A stretch of 64,000 bases of DNA from a virus, in the IMG/VR virus record IMGVR_UViG_3300029438_000229, positions 1-64,000 of that record. One strand, given 5' to 3'. Position numbers and translations under genes: made by a program. Below the pieces are notes generated by a model. The model saw only the letters and a program-made list of their open reading frames with translations, did not search any database and was not told where the DNA came from. Below are positions 17,313 through 27,703 of the stretch, in pieces; position 1 is the first letter of the stretch; every line of letters starts with the position of its first letter.

Positions 17313-17432
17313 CAAAAAAAGACAGGTCACCCGGTTGGTGCCTGTCTGAATTTTGTCAGGTTGTAAATGGTTGGTCGTGGTTTGGTATCTATTGTACAAT
17401 ACTCATTCTATACTGTTCGCAAACGCCGTCAA
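17313..17432 (-). promoter_or_regulatory. Promoter-leader-terminator cassette, copy E (divergent leader)
   Basis: TTGACG (17427-17432), 16-nt spacer with GCGAA, TAGAAT (17405-17410). Then ATTGTACAATAGATACC. Ends with hairpin GACAGGCACC/GGTGACCTGTC (17321-17346) plus T-run. Confidence 0.65.
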
Positions 17433-17443
17433 GACAACATTTC

Positions 17444-17481
17444 AAAAGAAAAAGCCGCCCCACCCTGAGAGGTGGAACGGC
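17444..17481 (-). terminator. Intrinsic terminator after the ligA operon
   Basis: GCCGTTCCACC-tctcag-GGTGGGGCGGC followed by TTTTTCTTTTG (minus strand). Confidence 0.65.
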
Positions 17482-17489
17482 TGATGAGA

Positions 17490-17735
17490 TTAGTGCTTGA
17501 TGTAAAGCGAGGTGTCCCTGAACGGATTCAGGATACCAGGCTTATACTTGGTGCTGACATAATCAGCAATCTGAGTATCCGTCATACCGTTAAGCACATC
17601 GAGCCAGCATTCAGCGTTGATAGCCATGAGTCCGCCCATACCAAGTGCATTGTCGCAGCGTCTCATATCCTCTGCGAACGCCTCATGGTATGCGCAAGGC
17701 TCAGCAGCATGGATAAACCGATTGGTGTCGTACAT
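17490..17735 (-). CDS. Hypothetical protein (81 aa)
   Basis: GAGGTGG upstream of the ATG at 17735, 10 nt after the ligA stop. Confidence 0.55.
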   Translation of the reverse strand: MYDTNRFIHAAEPCAYHEAFAEDMRRCDNALGMGGLMAINAECWLDVLNGMTDTQIADYVSTKYKPGILNPFRDTSLYIKH

Positions 17736-17744
17736 AGTGCCACC

Positions 17745-19814
<2,070 letters not shown>

Positions 19815-19840
19815 TCAGTTCCTTTCAGTGCAGCCGCCAT

Positions 19841-19857
19841 AGTATCTATCATACAAT
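19841..19857 (-). promoter_or_regulatory. Decayed copy of the cassette leader start in front of ligA
   Basis: Minus strand ATTGTATGATAGATACT is preceded by degenerate promoter elements (GCTAA instead of GCGAA). There is no leader terminator. Confidence 0.35.
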
Positions 19858-19930
19858 ACATTTGGCGGCATTAGCAATATCGAACATCAGAAAAAGCAAG
19901 CCACAAAATGTGCTGAGACATGCTTTGCAT

Positions 19931-20320
19931 TTACTTTCTCTTCACCTTATCGTATTTCACGCCGAGAATCTCAGCGGCAGCGTTAAGGGTTTCGAGAGAA
20001 ATATTGTTAAAGTCATTTTGTGCTGCCATATACAGCGCTTTTGTGCATCTGACGGCGTCACAAATATCGTAGATGGTATCCTTGTTTTCGAAAATCAGCA
20101 AATACTGCTCATAGCCGACTGTGGTATCTTCTCGATACTCGACACCGTTGGCATCGAACTCATATAAGCGGTTTGCGGTTCCGGAAGTCGGGATGCATTC
20201 AAAACGGTTGGTATCAGAATCCGTGTGTGTGACCACCATTTTGCGAATCGTCTCGGGATAAGGAACCCCAAAGCGAAACTCGACCATCCAGAGATAATCG
20301 CCTGCCTTAACAGAAAGCAT
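19931..20320 (-). CDS. Hypothetical protein (129 aa)
   Basis: GAAAGGAAG upstream of the ATG. Confidence 0.6.
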   Translation of the reverse strand: MLSVKAGDYLWMVEFRFGVPYPETIRKMVVTHTDSDTNRFECIPTSGTANRLYEFDANGVEYREDTTVGYEQYLLIFENKDTIYDICDAVRCTKALYMAAQNDFNNISLETLNAAAEILGVKYDKVKRK

Positions 20321-20387
20321 TTCAAATCTTCCTTTCAGTGTTAATTTTTATTGTTTATTCGTACCCTTCAAAGCTTCGATGGCAATC

Positions 20388-21173
20388 TCAAATTTTCAGT
20401 TCGAGCGCAACTTTTTCTTCTGCGCTCTTATCGTTCATCCCATCGACGAGAACGTAAATGTCTACGTTCCTTAAAACAAGTCCTTTCGCTTGCCAGTCGG
20501 TTTTTTTGCGAATCTTTTCTGGCAAAAGACGAAGTGCCTGCTTTTTGAGGTTGTCGATTTTTTCTTCTGTTGCGTACATCTCTTGGCTGAAGGTAAATTC
20601 TGCAGTTTGGTATGTTGTAGTCCATGCACGAACCTTTACCGTTACTGTGCTTTCCGAAACGTTGTAGTCTTTAAATGGGATTAAAGACTCACTCAGTTCC
20701 CCAATTCTCGCATTGAAGAAATTGGTTATACGAGCGAGTTCCTTTTGGTAGATTACCTTTGCTTGTCGCACCTGTTCACGGTAGCATTTTACGCAGTCTT
20801 CAACCGTGTAGAAGATGTTTACAGACTCACCCGTGTATCCCCGATAGCCTGTATTATCCATTGGAGCAATTACCTTGGACATAATATGACCGTTCTTTAC
20901 AGGTCGGAAATAAATAGGAGAATAATAAATAATCTTATTCGTCTCCTTGGCATCCGTTACCACCACCGGAGTGGGCTCAATTCCACGAATTGGCTTTTTG
21001 GTCGGGTCTGCGTTTGCTCGATAGTCGCAAATCCAAACCATCTTTCCCGTAATGTTTTCCAGCCCTTCTGCGTAATCAAAATCCGCAAGAGATTTCGTCT
21101 TTTGAGGTCCTAATGCACGGTTATTTCGCCAAAGGGTTACATTGTTATTTTGTAGATATTCTTCGAGTTCCAT
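20388..21173 (-). CDS. Hypothetical protein (261 aa)
   Basis: Long ORF in a visibly AT-richer stretch. AAAGGAAAAAGG lies upstream. Confidence 0.65.
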   Translation of the reverse strand: MELEEYLQNNNVTLWRNNRALGPQKTKSLADFDYAEGLENITGKMVWICDYRANADPTKKPIRGIEPTPVVVTDAKETNKIIYYSPIYFRPVKNGHIMSKVIAPMDNTGYRGYTGESVNIFYTVEDCVKCYREQVRQAKVIYQKELARITNFFNARIGELSESLIPFKDYNVSESTVTVKVRAWTTTYQTAEFTFSQEMYATEEKIDNLKKQALRLLPEKIRKKTDWQAKGLVLRNVDIYVLVDGMNDKSAEEKVALELKI

Positions 21174-21177
21174 TTTT

Positions 21178-21582
21178 TCACCTTTTTCCTTTCAGAGCTT
21201 CGATAACCAATTCTTCGTAGTCCTCGATGGCGTAATAGATTTCAGAAAACCCATTTGCATGACCACGCTCATACGCCTTTTCCCAGACCATTTCTGCCGT
21301 CTCTTGACTGATAAGAACAGAGGAAGCGCTTTTTACATCCATCTGAATAAGGGCAAGAATGTCAACCATGACATCCGAAATAGCTTTGTTGCGGTCTGTC
21401 ACAAGTTTGGTTACTTCATCGTTCCATTGCTGCTGAAGCTGCCGCACCTTCTTTTTATTCCAATCGAGGGAATGTGCGCTGCTGATGATATCACCGGTTT
21501 TAGGACGCTTGGTTTTAGGGGTTATGCGCATATTCCAAGCAGCTTCCATGCGAATCTGAAGATTTTTCCAACTACTGTCCAT
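21178..21582 (-). CDS. Hypothetical protein (134 aa)
   Basis: ATG at 21582 with AAAGGAAA upstream. The ORF-track extension overlaps the upstream gene. Confidence 0.55.
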   Translation of the reverse strand: MDSSWKNLQIRMEAAWNMRITPKTKRPKTGDIISSAHSLDWNKKKVRQLQQQWNDEVTKLVTDRNKAISDVMVDILALIQMDVKSASSVLISQETAEMVWEKAYERGHANGFSEIYYAIEDYEELVIEALKGKR

Positions 21583-21613
21583 GTTTCGTTTCCTTTCTAT
21601 GTGTTTTTTTACA

Positions 21614-21916
21614 TCAGAATTTGAAGTCCTGACACACTTCGATGCTGTTTTTGTCATAGCCGACAGCGTACAGTTCATTGAGCAGCGGCGTATACTCCTC
21701 GACCGTTGCAGGAACGCCTGTCTTCAGATACCCGTAAGACGCATTCACATGCTGCCCATTGTGGACATACGCATCGAAATACAGGTTTGGGTCCTTCAAT
21801 TTGAGTCTTTTGCAAAACTCGAGGGTTCCCGGTATCTTGTCAAGAAACACACAGGTGAGTTCGGAACCGGCTTCTGGATTGAGTTCGTCGGTACAGTTAA
21901 GAAAAGCTACTTTCAT
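21614..21916 (-). CDS. Hypothetical protein (100 aa)
   Basis: AAAAGGAGAA upstream of the ATG at 21916. First gene after cassette F. Confidence 0.6.
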   Translation of the reverse strand: MKVAFLNCTDELNPEAGSELTCVFLDKIPGTLEFCKRLKLKDPNLYFDAYVHNGQHVNASYGYLKTGVPATVEEYTPLLNELYAVGYDKNSIEVCQDFKF

Positions 21917-21939
21917 TTTCGTTCTCCTTTTTTGAGCGC

Positions 21940-22072
21940 AAAAAGGCGGGCCTCCCAAAATCGGGAAGTCCGCCTTAAAGCAAAATTGTGAATTGTACGA
22001 ACGCAGTTAGCGTCTTAGTAGATGGTATCTATCGTACAATTCTTATTTTATTCGGTTCGCATATCGCGTCAA
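21940..22072 (-). promoter_or_regulatory. Promoter-leader-terminator cassette, copy F
   Basis: TTGACG (22067-22072), 16-nt spacer with GCGAA, TAAAAT (22045-22050). Then ATTGTACGATAGATACC, hairpin GACGC/GCGUU, TCGTACAATTCACAATTTTGCTTTAAGG. Ends with hairpin GGCGGACTTCCC/GGGAGGCCCGCC (21945-21974) plus T-run. Confidence 0.75.
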
Positions 22073-22115
22073 CAATTATGTTCAAGGGGCTGAAATTATA
22101 GCGGAAAACGACCGT

Positions 22116-22148
22116 ATAAAAGCGGACCTCCCGCTTCGGAAAGTCCGC
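22116..22148 (-). terminator. Intrinsic terminator with the same stem sequence as the cassette terminators
   Basis: GCGGACTTTCC-gaag-CGGGAGGTCCGC followed by TTTTAT (minus strand), just after the stop of 22170-22811. Confidence 0.65.
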
Positions 22149-22169
22149 TATAGCCGCAATTATCTGATT

Positions 22170-22811
22170 TTACTGAGCCTGGTTATCGGTCGGCTGCTGC
22201 GGTGCAGCGGGCTGCTGAGGCTGAACCGGCGCGGCAGGCTGCTTGGGCTGTGCAGGAGCCTGATAGGTCATGTTGGGGTTCTGGGTCTGTTCCTGAGTCG
22301 GCTGCTGGTACTGAGGCTGAGCCTGAGCAGGATGCGCAGCCTTGTAGGTATCATACTTCTGCTTCATCTGGTCGTAAGAATAGCCATCCTGCGGGATACC
22401 GAAGTACCGGCACTGACCGAATGCCAGAATCATGTTGAAGATGGGGTTCAGGAAGAACAGGCCAATGGTGAAGCCAATCCCCTGCCCAAACGCGACACTC
22501 TGTTTGTACAGGGTTACGATGTTGATGATGACGCCAACGATGACCAGCAGCGTGCCGAGCAGCGGGATGCCGCCAAGTACAGTGCAGACGATGGGGACAA
22601 AGAACAGCCAGCCGTTGCCCCAGAAGATTTTGTACCGGATGTAGCTGTTGTAAAACGGGACGATGGACGCCCATCCGGGTTGACCGGCCTTTTCGAAGAT
22701 TTTCCAGCCAGCCACAATGTTGAGAACGAAGAATGCCAGGATGATGAGCCAAAATCCAGCAAAGATGCTGAGAAGTGCATTGAGGGCCGCCGCCTCTGAA
22801 CCGTAAGACAT
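22170..22811 (-). CDS. Membrane protein with Q/P-rich C-terminal tail (DUF5684-like)
   Basis: Motif GWKIFEKAGQPGWASIVPFYN, several TM helices and a PQQPAAP-type tail. AGGAGGAA upstream of the ATG. Confidence 0.65.
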   Translation of the reverse strand: MSYGSEAAALNALLSIFAGFWLIILAFFVLNIVAGWKIFEKAGQPGWASIVPFYNSYIRYKIFWGNGWLFFVPIVCTVLGGIPLLGTLLVIVGVIINIVTLYKQSVAFGQGIGFTIGLFFLNPIFNMILAFGQCRYFGIPQDGYSYDQMKQKYDTYKAAHPAQAQPQYQQPTQEQTQNPNMTYQAPAQPKQPAAPVQPQQPAAPQQPTDNQAQ

Positions 22812-22856
22812 AATGATTCCTCCTAAAAATACTTTATATTATAAAGCCAATCGGCC

Positions 22857-23198
22857 TTATTCCTTTTCCTGCACGGCTTTGCGTGCCGCTTTTTCTTTCG
22901 ACAGTGCTGCGAGTTTCTTGCCGCTTTCGACCAGGATTGCTCGGCGTTCTTCAGAGATAAACATGGGAGGACGAATTTTTACCCACTTTTTCGGAAATTC
23001 CGCTTCTACGCAATCTTCTTTGTCGATGGTCAGCTTCACCTCATCGGGATGCTCTGTTGCAAGTTTTCGCAACTCGTTCATCCGCGAATAATTTCGCGTA
23101 TAGTACGAGCAGGTTTTCTCTGCATCGCAGAAATTGATGATGGTCTCGCGCTCGTAGGCACCATCGGCGCTTTGAGGCGTTTGGTTGATGGGACGCAT
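22857..23198 (-). CDS. Hypothetical protein (113 aa)
   Basis: ATG at 23198 after GAAAGGAGATG. Confidence 0.55.
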   Translation of the reverse strand: MRPINQTPQSADGAYERETIINFCDAEKTCSYYTRNYSRMNELRKLATEHPDEVKLTIDKEDCVEAEFPKKWVKIRPPMFISEERRAILVESGKKLAALSKEKAARKAVQEKE

Positions 23199-23212
23199 TT
23201 TTTCATCTCCTT

Positions 23213-23428
23213 TCAGTCGAACAACACTGCCTTCTTCGATGGTCCGTCCGGCGTGAGGCTGCACGCATAAGCCCAACGCGGAAGCATAATACGACCGCGA
23301 ACGCTAACAACGGTCATTTCCCGCGCCGTGGCTTGTTCGAATTCCGATGCGTCCAAAGCATTCCGGGTCAGCAGAATGGCGTCGTCCGGCATATCGTTGA
23401 GCATCATTTTCAGTTCTTTAACTGTCAT
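23213..23428 (-). CDS. Hypothetical protein (71 aa)
   Basis: ATG at 23428 after AAAAGGAGA. Confidence 0.5.
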   Translation of the reverse strand: MTVKELKMMLNDMPDDAILLTRNALDASEFEQATAREMTVVSVRGRIMLPRWAYACSLTPDGPSKKAVLFD

Positions 23429-23714
23429 AGATTGTCTCCTTTTGCATGACCTCATCCAGCGCCTCTAGGAACAAGACAGATTCGGTGTTCTGCGTCCCAG
23501 CTGCAACGATACCGGAAATCTCGTTCGGCTCGATGAGGAAAACGCTGTCACCGTCAATGAATCCTTGCGGCCATGGCGCAGCATAATAGGCGTAGGGCAC
23601 GATGTCGGTTGCATAACCGATAATTATATATTTCTGGTCGGCGTCCTGCCGAACCTTAACGATTGTCCCGAGTGAAAACGCGGATTTGAGTGTAGGCGTT
23701 GCTGTAACAGGCAT
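23418..23714 (-). CDS. Hypothetical protein (98 aa), DUF4176-like
   Basis: ATG at 23714. The stretch YIIIGYATDIVPYAYYAAPWPQGFIDGDSVFLIEPNEI resembles DUF4176. The 247-aa ORF-track form spans promoter and terminator and was rejected. Confidence 0.45.
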   Translation of the reverse strand: MPVTATPTLKSAFSLGTIVKVRQDADQKYIIIGYATDIVPYAYYAAPWPQGFIDGDSVFLIEPNEISGIVAAGTQNTESVLFLEALDEVMQKETIYDS

Positions 23715-23757
23715 TTCTCTTTTAATTTTCAATGATGAAAACACCTCCCTAAACACC

Positions 23758-23785
23758 AGTCTATGCGGTTCGCAAGAATGTGCAA
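23758..23785 (-). promoter_or_regulatory. GCGAA-spacer promoter
   Basis: TTGCAC-attcttGCGAAccgca-TAGACT with a 16-nt spacer. Confidence 0.6.
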
Positions 23786-23798
23786 CGAAAAAAGGCAC

Positions 23799-23827
23799 AA
23801 AAAAAGGAGCTGCCCGAAGGCAACTCC
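23799..23827 (-). terminator. Intrinsic terminator
   Basis: GGAGTTGCC-ttcg-GGCAGCTCC followed by TTTTTTT (minus strand). Confidence 0.7.
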
Positions 23828-23862
23828 CTGTCATACATAAATTTGCTGTAGCAAAAGCGAAC

Positions 23863-24366
23863 TCAGCGATTCTGAGCGACCTCGACATTGAAGTCAAACA
23901 GTTCCTTGCTGGTCGAGCACCGGGAAGAAAACTCTCCGTCACGGTTCTGGATGACATCGGATGCCGGGACAGGCTTTCCGAAACCGTCGTCCACAAACAC
24001 AGGATGCTTGCTGTCATCATTGTCAGAACGGGGCGAGAAGCTTGCGGCTGCGAACCAGTCTTCCTCATCGCTGCCCTGCTCGTCATACAGACGGCAGAAC
24101 GGAGCGGGGATTTCGGGCGTCGGAAGCTGGAACATTGCTGCCTGCATTTCCTTGCCGCCATTCTTCACATTTACATCGATAAGGGGGCAAATCGTATCGC
24201 CTGCGCACTCCCACTTGGTATAGGACTGAGCGGCAATTGCGGTATTGCCGTCAGATACCTCAATACCGAGCGAAAGAATGTCTGATTTGAGGCCGAGCTT
24301 TTCCTGAAGCATTTCCGGGGTGAGAGTCAGAAACTGACCGCCGACCGTGTTAATGATAAGGTTCAT
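23863..24366 (-). CDS. Hypothetical protein (167 aa)
   Basis: AAAAGGAGAA upstream of the ATG. Confidence 0.6.
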   Translation of the reverse strand: MNLIINTVGGQFLTLTPEMLQEKLGLKSDILSLGIEVSDGNTAIAAQSYTKWECAGDTICPLIDVNVKNGGKEMQAAMFQLPTPEIPAPFCRLYDEQGSDEEDWFAAASFSPRSDNDDSKHPVFVDDGFGKPVPASDVIQNRDGEFSSRCSTSKELFDFNVEVAQNR

Positions 24367-24389
24367 CGTTCACATTCTCCTTTTTAATT

Positions 24390-24938
24390 TTAGTAAATAT
24401 AGTTCTCGCTTCGAAGCGCTGCCTGAACGGCGCGGATTTCCTTTTCGGTGAGTTGGTAGCTGCCAATCGGCGTGTTCGCGGAACCAAAGTAAGCGGAATC
24501 GAACACCATGCAGGCTTCTCCGTTCTCATTGAGCCGATAGAGGAATGCTTCCTTTGTCCGTGCATCAGTAGGATGGTCTACCAGCGATACGAGAGGAAGA
24601 CCTGTTGTCGAGTTCTTAACCATCTGCCACTCGGATGCGTTCCGGTCACAGTACCCAGCAATGTAGATGTGCGGCTCGGAGATAAGGCGCAGGTCACGCT
24701 TCATCAATTCGAGCAGTGAATTGGCGGGCTTGCAACTGTAAGTATTGGTCAATTCGGCGTTTAGCTCGAAATTGAGCGAAACACAGAAAACACGGTATCC
24801 GCGCTTATCCAAGTCATCGAGCATTGCGGTGCCAGCGCCCGAAGACAGGAACGAAACCATCTTGGTGTCCATGTTTTTAGGCAGGTAAAGCACAGCTGTA
24901 ATGAGGTATTTTTCCGAACGCACCAGATTCTTAAACAT
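24390..24938 (-). CDS. Hypothetical protein (182 aa)
   Basis: ATG at 24938 with GGAGG 10 nt upstream. It abuts the stop of the upstream gene. Confidence 0.6.
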   Translation of the reverse strand: MFKNLVRSEKYLITAVLYLPKNMDTKMVSFLSSGAGTAMLDDLDKRGYRVFCVSLNFELNAELTNTYSCKPANSLLELMKRDLRLISEPHIYIAGYCDRNASEWQMVKNSTTGLPLVSLVDHPTDARTKEAFLYRLNENGEACMVFDSAYFGSANTPIGSYQLTEKEIRAVQAALRSENYIY

Positions 24939-25195
24939 CACGCATCATCCTCCGTCTTGGTAGTCATGCCATGGACTTTGTCGATGGCGGCGGCAATCGT
25001 GTTGTTCTCCAGTTCAGTCATCTGTGTGCAAAGGTAACCCCAGTCGATGGCATCGTGGACCTTGCGGACAAACGCATCGTAGGTGCCAGCAGTTTTCATC
25101 ATTTCGATTTCCGATTCATAGCAGCCGGATTCCTCGAGCAGATGCTGGATGTCATCGATGGGGTTCATTTCGATAGTTGGTACAGTTTTGTTCAT
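24938..25195 (-). CDS. Hypothetical protein (85 aa)
   Basis: AAAGGAG upstream of the ATG. First gene after cassette G. Confidence 0.55.
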   Translation of the reverse strand: MNKTVPTIEMNPIDDIQHLLEESGCYESEIEMMKTAGTYDAFVRKVHDAIDWGYLCTQMTELENNTIAAAIDKVHGMTTKTEDDA

Positions 25196-25226
25196 GATAC
25201 AAACTCCTTTAAGTGTTTTGGATGCG

Positions 25227-25364
25227 AAAAGAGCGGACCTCTCAGAATCGAGAAGTCCGCCCTTTAAGCGAAATTGTGAATGTACGAAAGGCAGAAAGCC
25301 TTTTTGATTTGGAATGGTATCTATCGTACAATACCCATTCTACTTAGTTCGCATATTTTGGCAA
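25227..25364 (-). promoter_or_regulatory. Promoter-leader-terminator cassette, copy G
   Basis: TTGCCA (25359-25364), 16-nt spacer with GCGAA, TAGAAT (25337-25342). Then ATTGTACGATAGATACC, hairpin AAAGGC/GCCTTT, TCGTACATTCACAATTTCGCTTAAAGG. Ends with hairpin GCGGACTTCTC/GAGAGGTCCGC plus TCTTTTCGC. Confidence 0.75.
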
Positions 25365-25474
25365 GTAAAAAATGTTGCTCATTCGAAGGCGAGTGGTGAA
25401 GAGTGTAATTTTAGATGTGGAGAACAGTCCACTCACTCCTTATTCTGTAATGTGTAATTGTAGCGTAGATTTCT

Positions 25475-25516
25475 AAAAAAAGCCGCCCACCAAATTATGT
25501 TGTGGGCGGTTTTTTT
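25475..25516 (-). terminator. Intrinsic terminator (A-run and T-run on both sides)
   Basis: CCGCCCAC-aacataatttg-GTGGGCGG followed by CTTTTTTT (minus strand). Confidence 0.65.
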
Positions 25517-25520
25517 GTTG

Positions 25521-26543
25521 TTAGTTTTCGAAATCTGGATTCTTCCAGACCGTTTTCTTTCCGTAATGGATATCCGAAATGTACTTGAATGGAATCTTAT
25601 CCTGGTTTTTAAGAAGAGCATCGTTTTCCTCTAAAAATTCCTCAATGCGTTCCTCTTCACTACGCGGAGCAATGTTCCATGTATCGAGATATCCATCATA
25701 CATGGCATCCATATTGAAAATACTGTCAACGGGGTACTTGACAGAGTCAATTTCTCCGTTGACGTCCAAGCCAAGGTGGACGTTCTTATAGTTCTTGATG
25801 CTGTCTGTCAAGGATTTGAATTTCCCTTCAGGAGTATCGGGATTGCTGTACTTTTTCACGTACTCTTCCGTCAACTCTTCCACCACAGCCAATGTAATCC
25901 CGTATAGGCGTCCATGCTGCCCGGAATTTGCCTTTTTGATTTTCTCCATCGTCCGTTCAGCCCAGCCGGTGGGATTAGCAAGATAATCCACTACCAGTTC
26001 ATCGGCATTTGTGGATGTCAGGCCAAAGCAAGACCCTTTTCCAATCTCATCGACAATGCTGTCAATAGGGCTGCGATAATTCTTATACCCCTTTATTATG
26101 CGACAGAAAGCGTTCTGTCGTGCTATCTTGTCGTAATGACTGCCCTTGAGAATTTTCTTCTTGTCTTCTTCCGTCACATTCTCTCGGAACATATCGAACA
26201 GCTTCTGTGCCATTTCCTCTATGACAGAATCCGAGGTAAAAGAAGAACGGCAGAAAATCGTTTTGAAGTCACATGTTTCATTGACGGTTTTGGCATTATC
26301 GACAACGAGGCAAAGGAAGCGTATCTCCTGATTGAATGTTACGGGTTTCTTTTCCAAGGTTCCATAAAACCGCTGCCCGTACAAGGCATCTACCTTGTGC
26401 TCGCCATTGGCGAGCGGCACACGAATGAAACGGTAGTAGCGCCCGGACGGTTTTCCGGTATCGGGAATTGTGTTGCCTTCGAACACGGATGCGCCGGATT
26501 TGATAGCCTGCTCAAAATCCTCACGAGTTAAATTGATAGTCAT
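25521..26543 (-). CDS. Hypothetical protein (340 aa), downstream partner of the radical SAM gene
   Basis: ATG at 26543 after GAAAGGAAGAA. No family recognised. Confidence 0.65.
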   Translation of the reverse strand: MTINLTREDFEQAIKSGASVFEGNTIPDTGKPSGRYYRFIRVPLANGEHKVDALYGQRFYGTLEKKPVTFNQEIRFLCLVVDNAKTVNETCDFKTIFCRSSFTSDSVIEEMAQKLFDMFRENVTEEDKKKILKGSHYDKIARQNAFCRIIKGYKNYRSPIDSIVDEIGKGSCFGLTSTNADELVVDYLANPTGWAERTMEKIKKANSGQHGRLYGITLAVVEELTEEYVKKYSNPDTPEGKFKSLTDSIKNYKNVHLGLDVNGEIDSVKYPVDSIFNMDAMYDGYLDTWNIAPRSEEERIEEFLEENDALLKNQDKIPFKYISDIHYGKKTVWKNPDFEN

Positions 26544-26581
26544 AATTTCTTCCTTTCTATTTTTGGGGTATTTATTATTTT

Positions 26582-27334
26582 TCAGCTGTTTTCTTCGATG
26601 CACAATTTGCTGCTACGAATGTTTTCCAACCATTTTTCATCCATAACATTGCCGATGCGATACTTTTTCTGGGATTCGTAGGACCAATCGCAGCCAACGA
26701 CAACATCGCCGACAGTGTTCAAGTACAGTTCTCCCTCGTTGATGTTGATGCCGATTTTGTCGTTACCGGTATAATCAACCACGAGTTCCGGGGTACGAGG
26801 TTCTCTTTTCAAAGACCAGTCGTCGTTGAGGGTTTTTGCACGTCCCTCGTTGAGAAGATACTTTTCGTGAAAGTCTGTCACCATATCATCACGGTTGTAT
26901 TTTAAACCACTGAGGATACTTGCGCTTTCGTCAGAAATCTCTTCGTGGAAGTTATCGCTGCTGATACAAAGGCCGCACAAATATTCGTCCTTTTCATCGC
27001 AGTAATTCCACCATTCGAGACTTGCCAAAGCGAGGTCTTCCATCTTATCGACAGCTTTTCCGTTGGTCACCATATAAAAGCTTCCAACCGAAATGTTTCG
27101 TTCTTTCACGGCTTTCAGGGTATAGCGGATGGCAGGTATGTTCAGAGAAATTTCGCCACCGGTAAAGACAATTGTACCGATGTATCTCCTACCGGAAAAA
27201 CTGTCGAGAAATGCGTTGATGTACTTCTCCTGAATATCTACATTCTCCGCATCACCGCGCAGGCAATGCGCACAGCACATATTGCAGCGCCGGGTGATTT
27301 CGATTACTACATTGTTGGCGTCAGAAATGTACAT
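26582..27334 (-). CDS. Radical SAM domain protein (compact, 250 aa)
   Basis: CxxxCxxC cluster motif (RRCNMCCAHC) near the N-terminus and a GGE-type motif (FTGGEISL). No SPASM-like Cys cluster. Confidence 0.8.
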   Translation of the reverse strand: MYISDANNVVIEITRRCNMCCAHCLRGDAENVDIQEKYINAFLDSFSGRRYIGTIVFTGGEISLNIPAIRYTLKAVKERNISVGSFYMVTNGKAVDKMEDLALASLEWWNYCDEKDEYLCGLCISSDNFHEEISDESASILSGLKYNRDDMVTDFHEKYLLNEGRAKTLNDDWSLKREPRTPELVVDYTGNDKIGININEGELYLNTVGDVVVGCDWSYESQKKYRIGNVMDEKWLENIRSSKLCIEENS

Positions 27335-27361
27335 TTTACCTTTTCTCCTTTCCTCGGATTA

Positions 27362-27673
27362 TCAGTTCCCATCCACAAGACTCTCGTCGTGGTTGACAAC
27401 AGCATCTATCTCCGGAGTTGCGACCTTCAAAAGACCATAACCCGCAAAGAACGAATCAGGAATGTCATACACATCGCCCCAGTCAAAGCAACCGAAGTTG
27501 TCGTCAAGTGCCTTTTTGCCGTCTTCGGTTTTTAGGTAATCCCCGACGGCGCGGCGCACCTGTGTGAGAACATCAGATACCTGTTCATGGTCATACTTGA
27601 ATTGCAAAATGGTCGTTCCTGAGTTGTGCAGACCAAAATACTCTCTGACGGCGATAGTAAAAATCTTTTCCAT
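27362..27673 (-). CDS. Hypothetical protein (103 aa)
   Basis: AAAAGGAGCG upstream of the ATG at 27673. First gene after cassette H. Confidence 0.6.
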   Translation of the reverse strand: MEKIFTIAVREYFGLHNSGTTILQFKYDHEQVSDVLTQVRRAVGDYLKTEDGKKALDDNFGCFDWGDVYDIPDSFFAGYGLLKVATPEIDAVVNHDESLVDGN

Positions 27674-27703
27674 GTTATTACGCTCCTTTTTGTTATTGGA
27701 CAC

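Noticed and set aside
23418-24161. 247-aa minus-strand ORF
   Set aside because: It would read through a terminator (23799-23827) and a promoter (23758-23785). It also overlaps 23863-24366 out of frame. Only its last 98 codons, from the ATG at 23714, are kept as a CDS.
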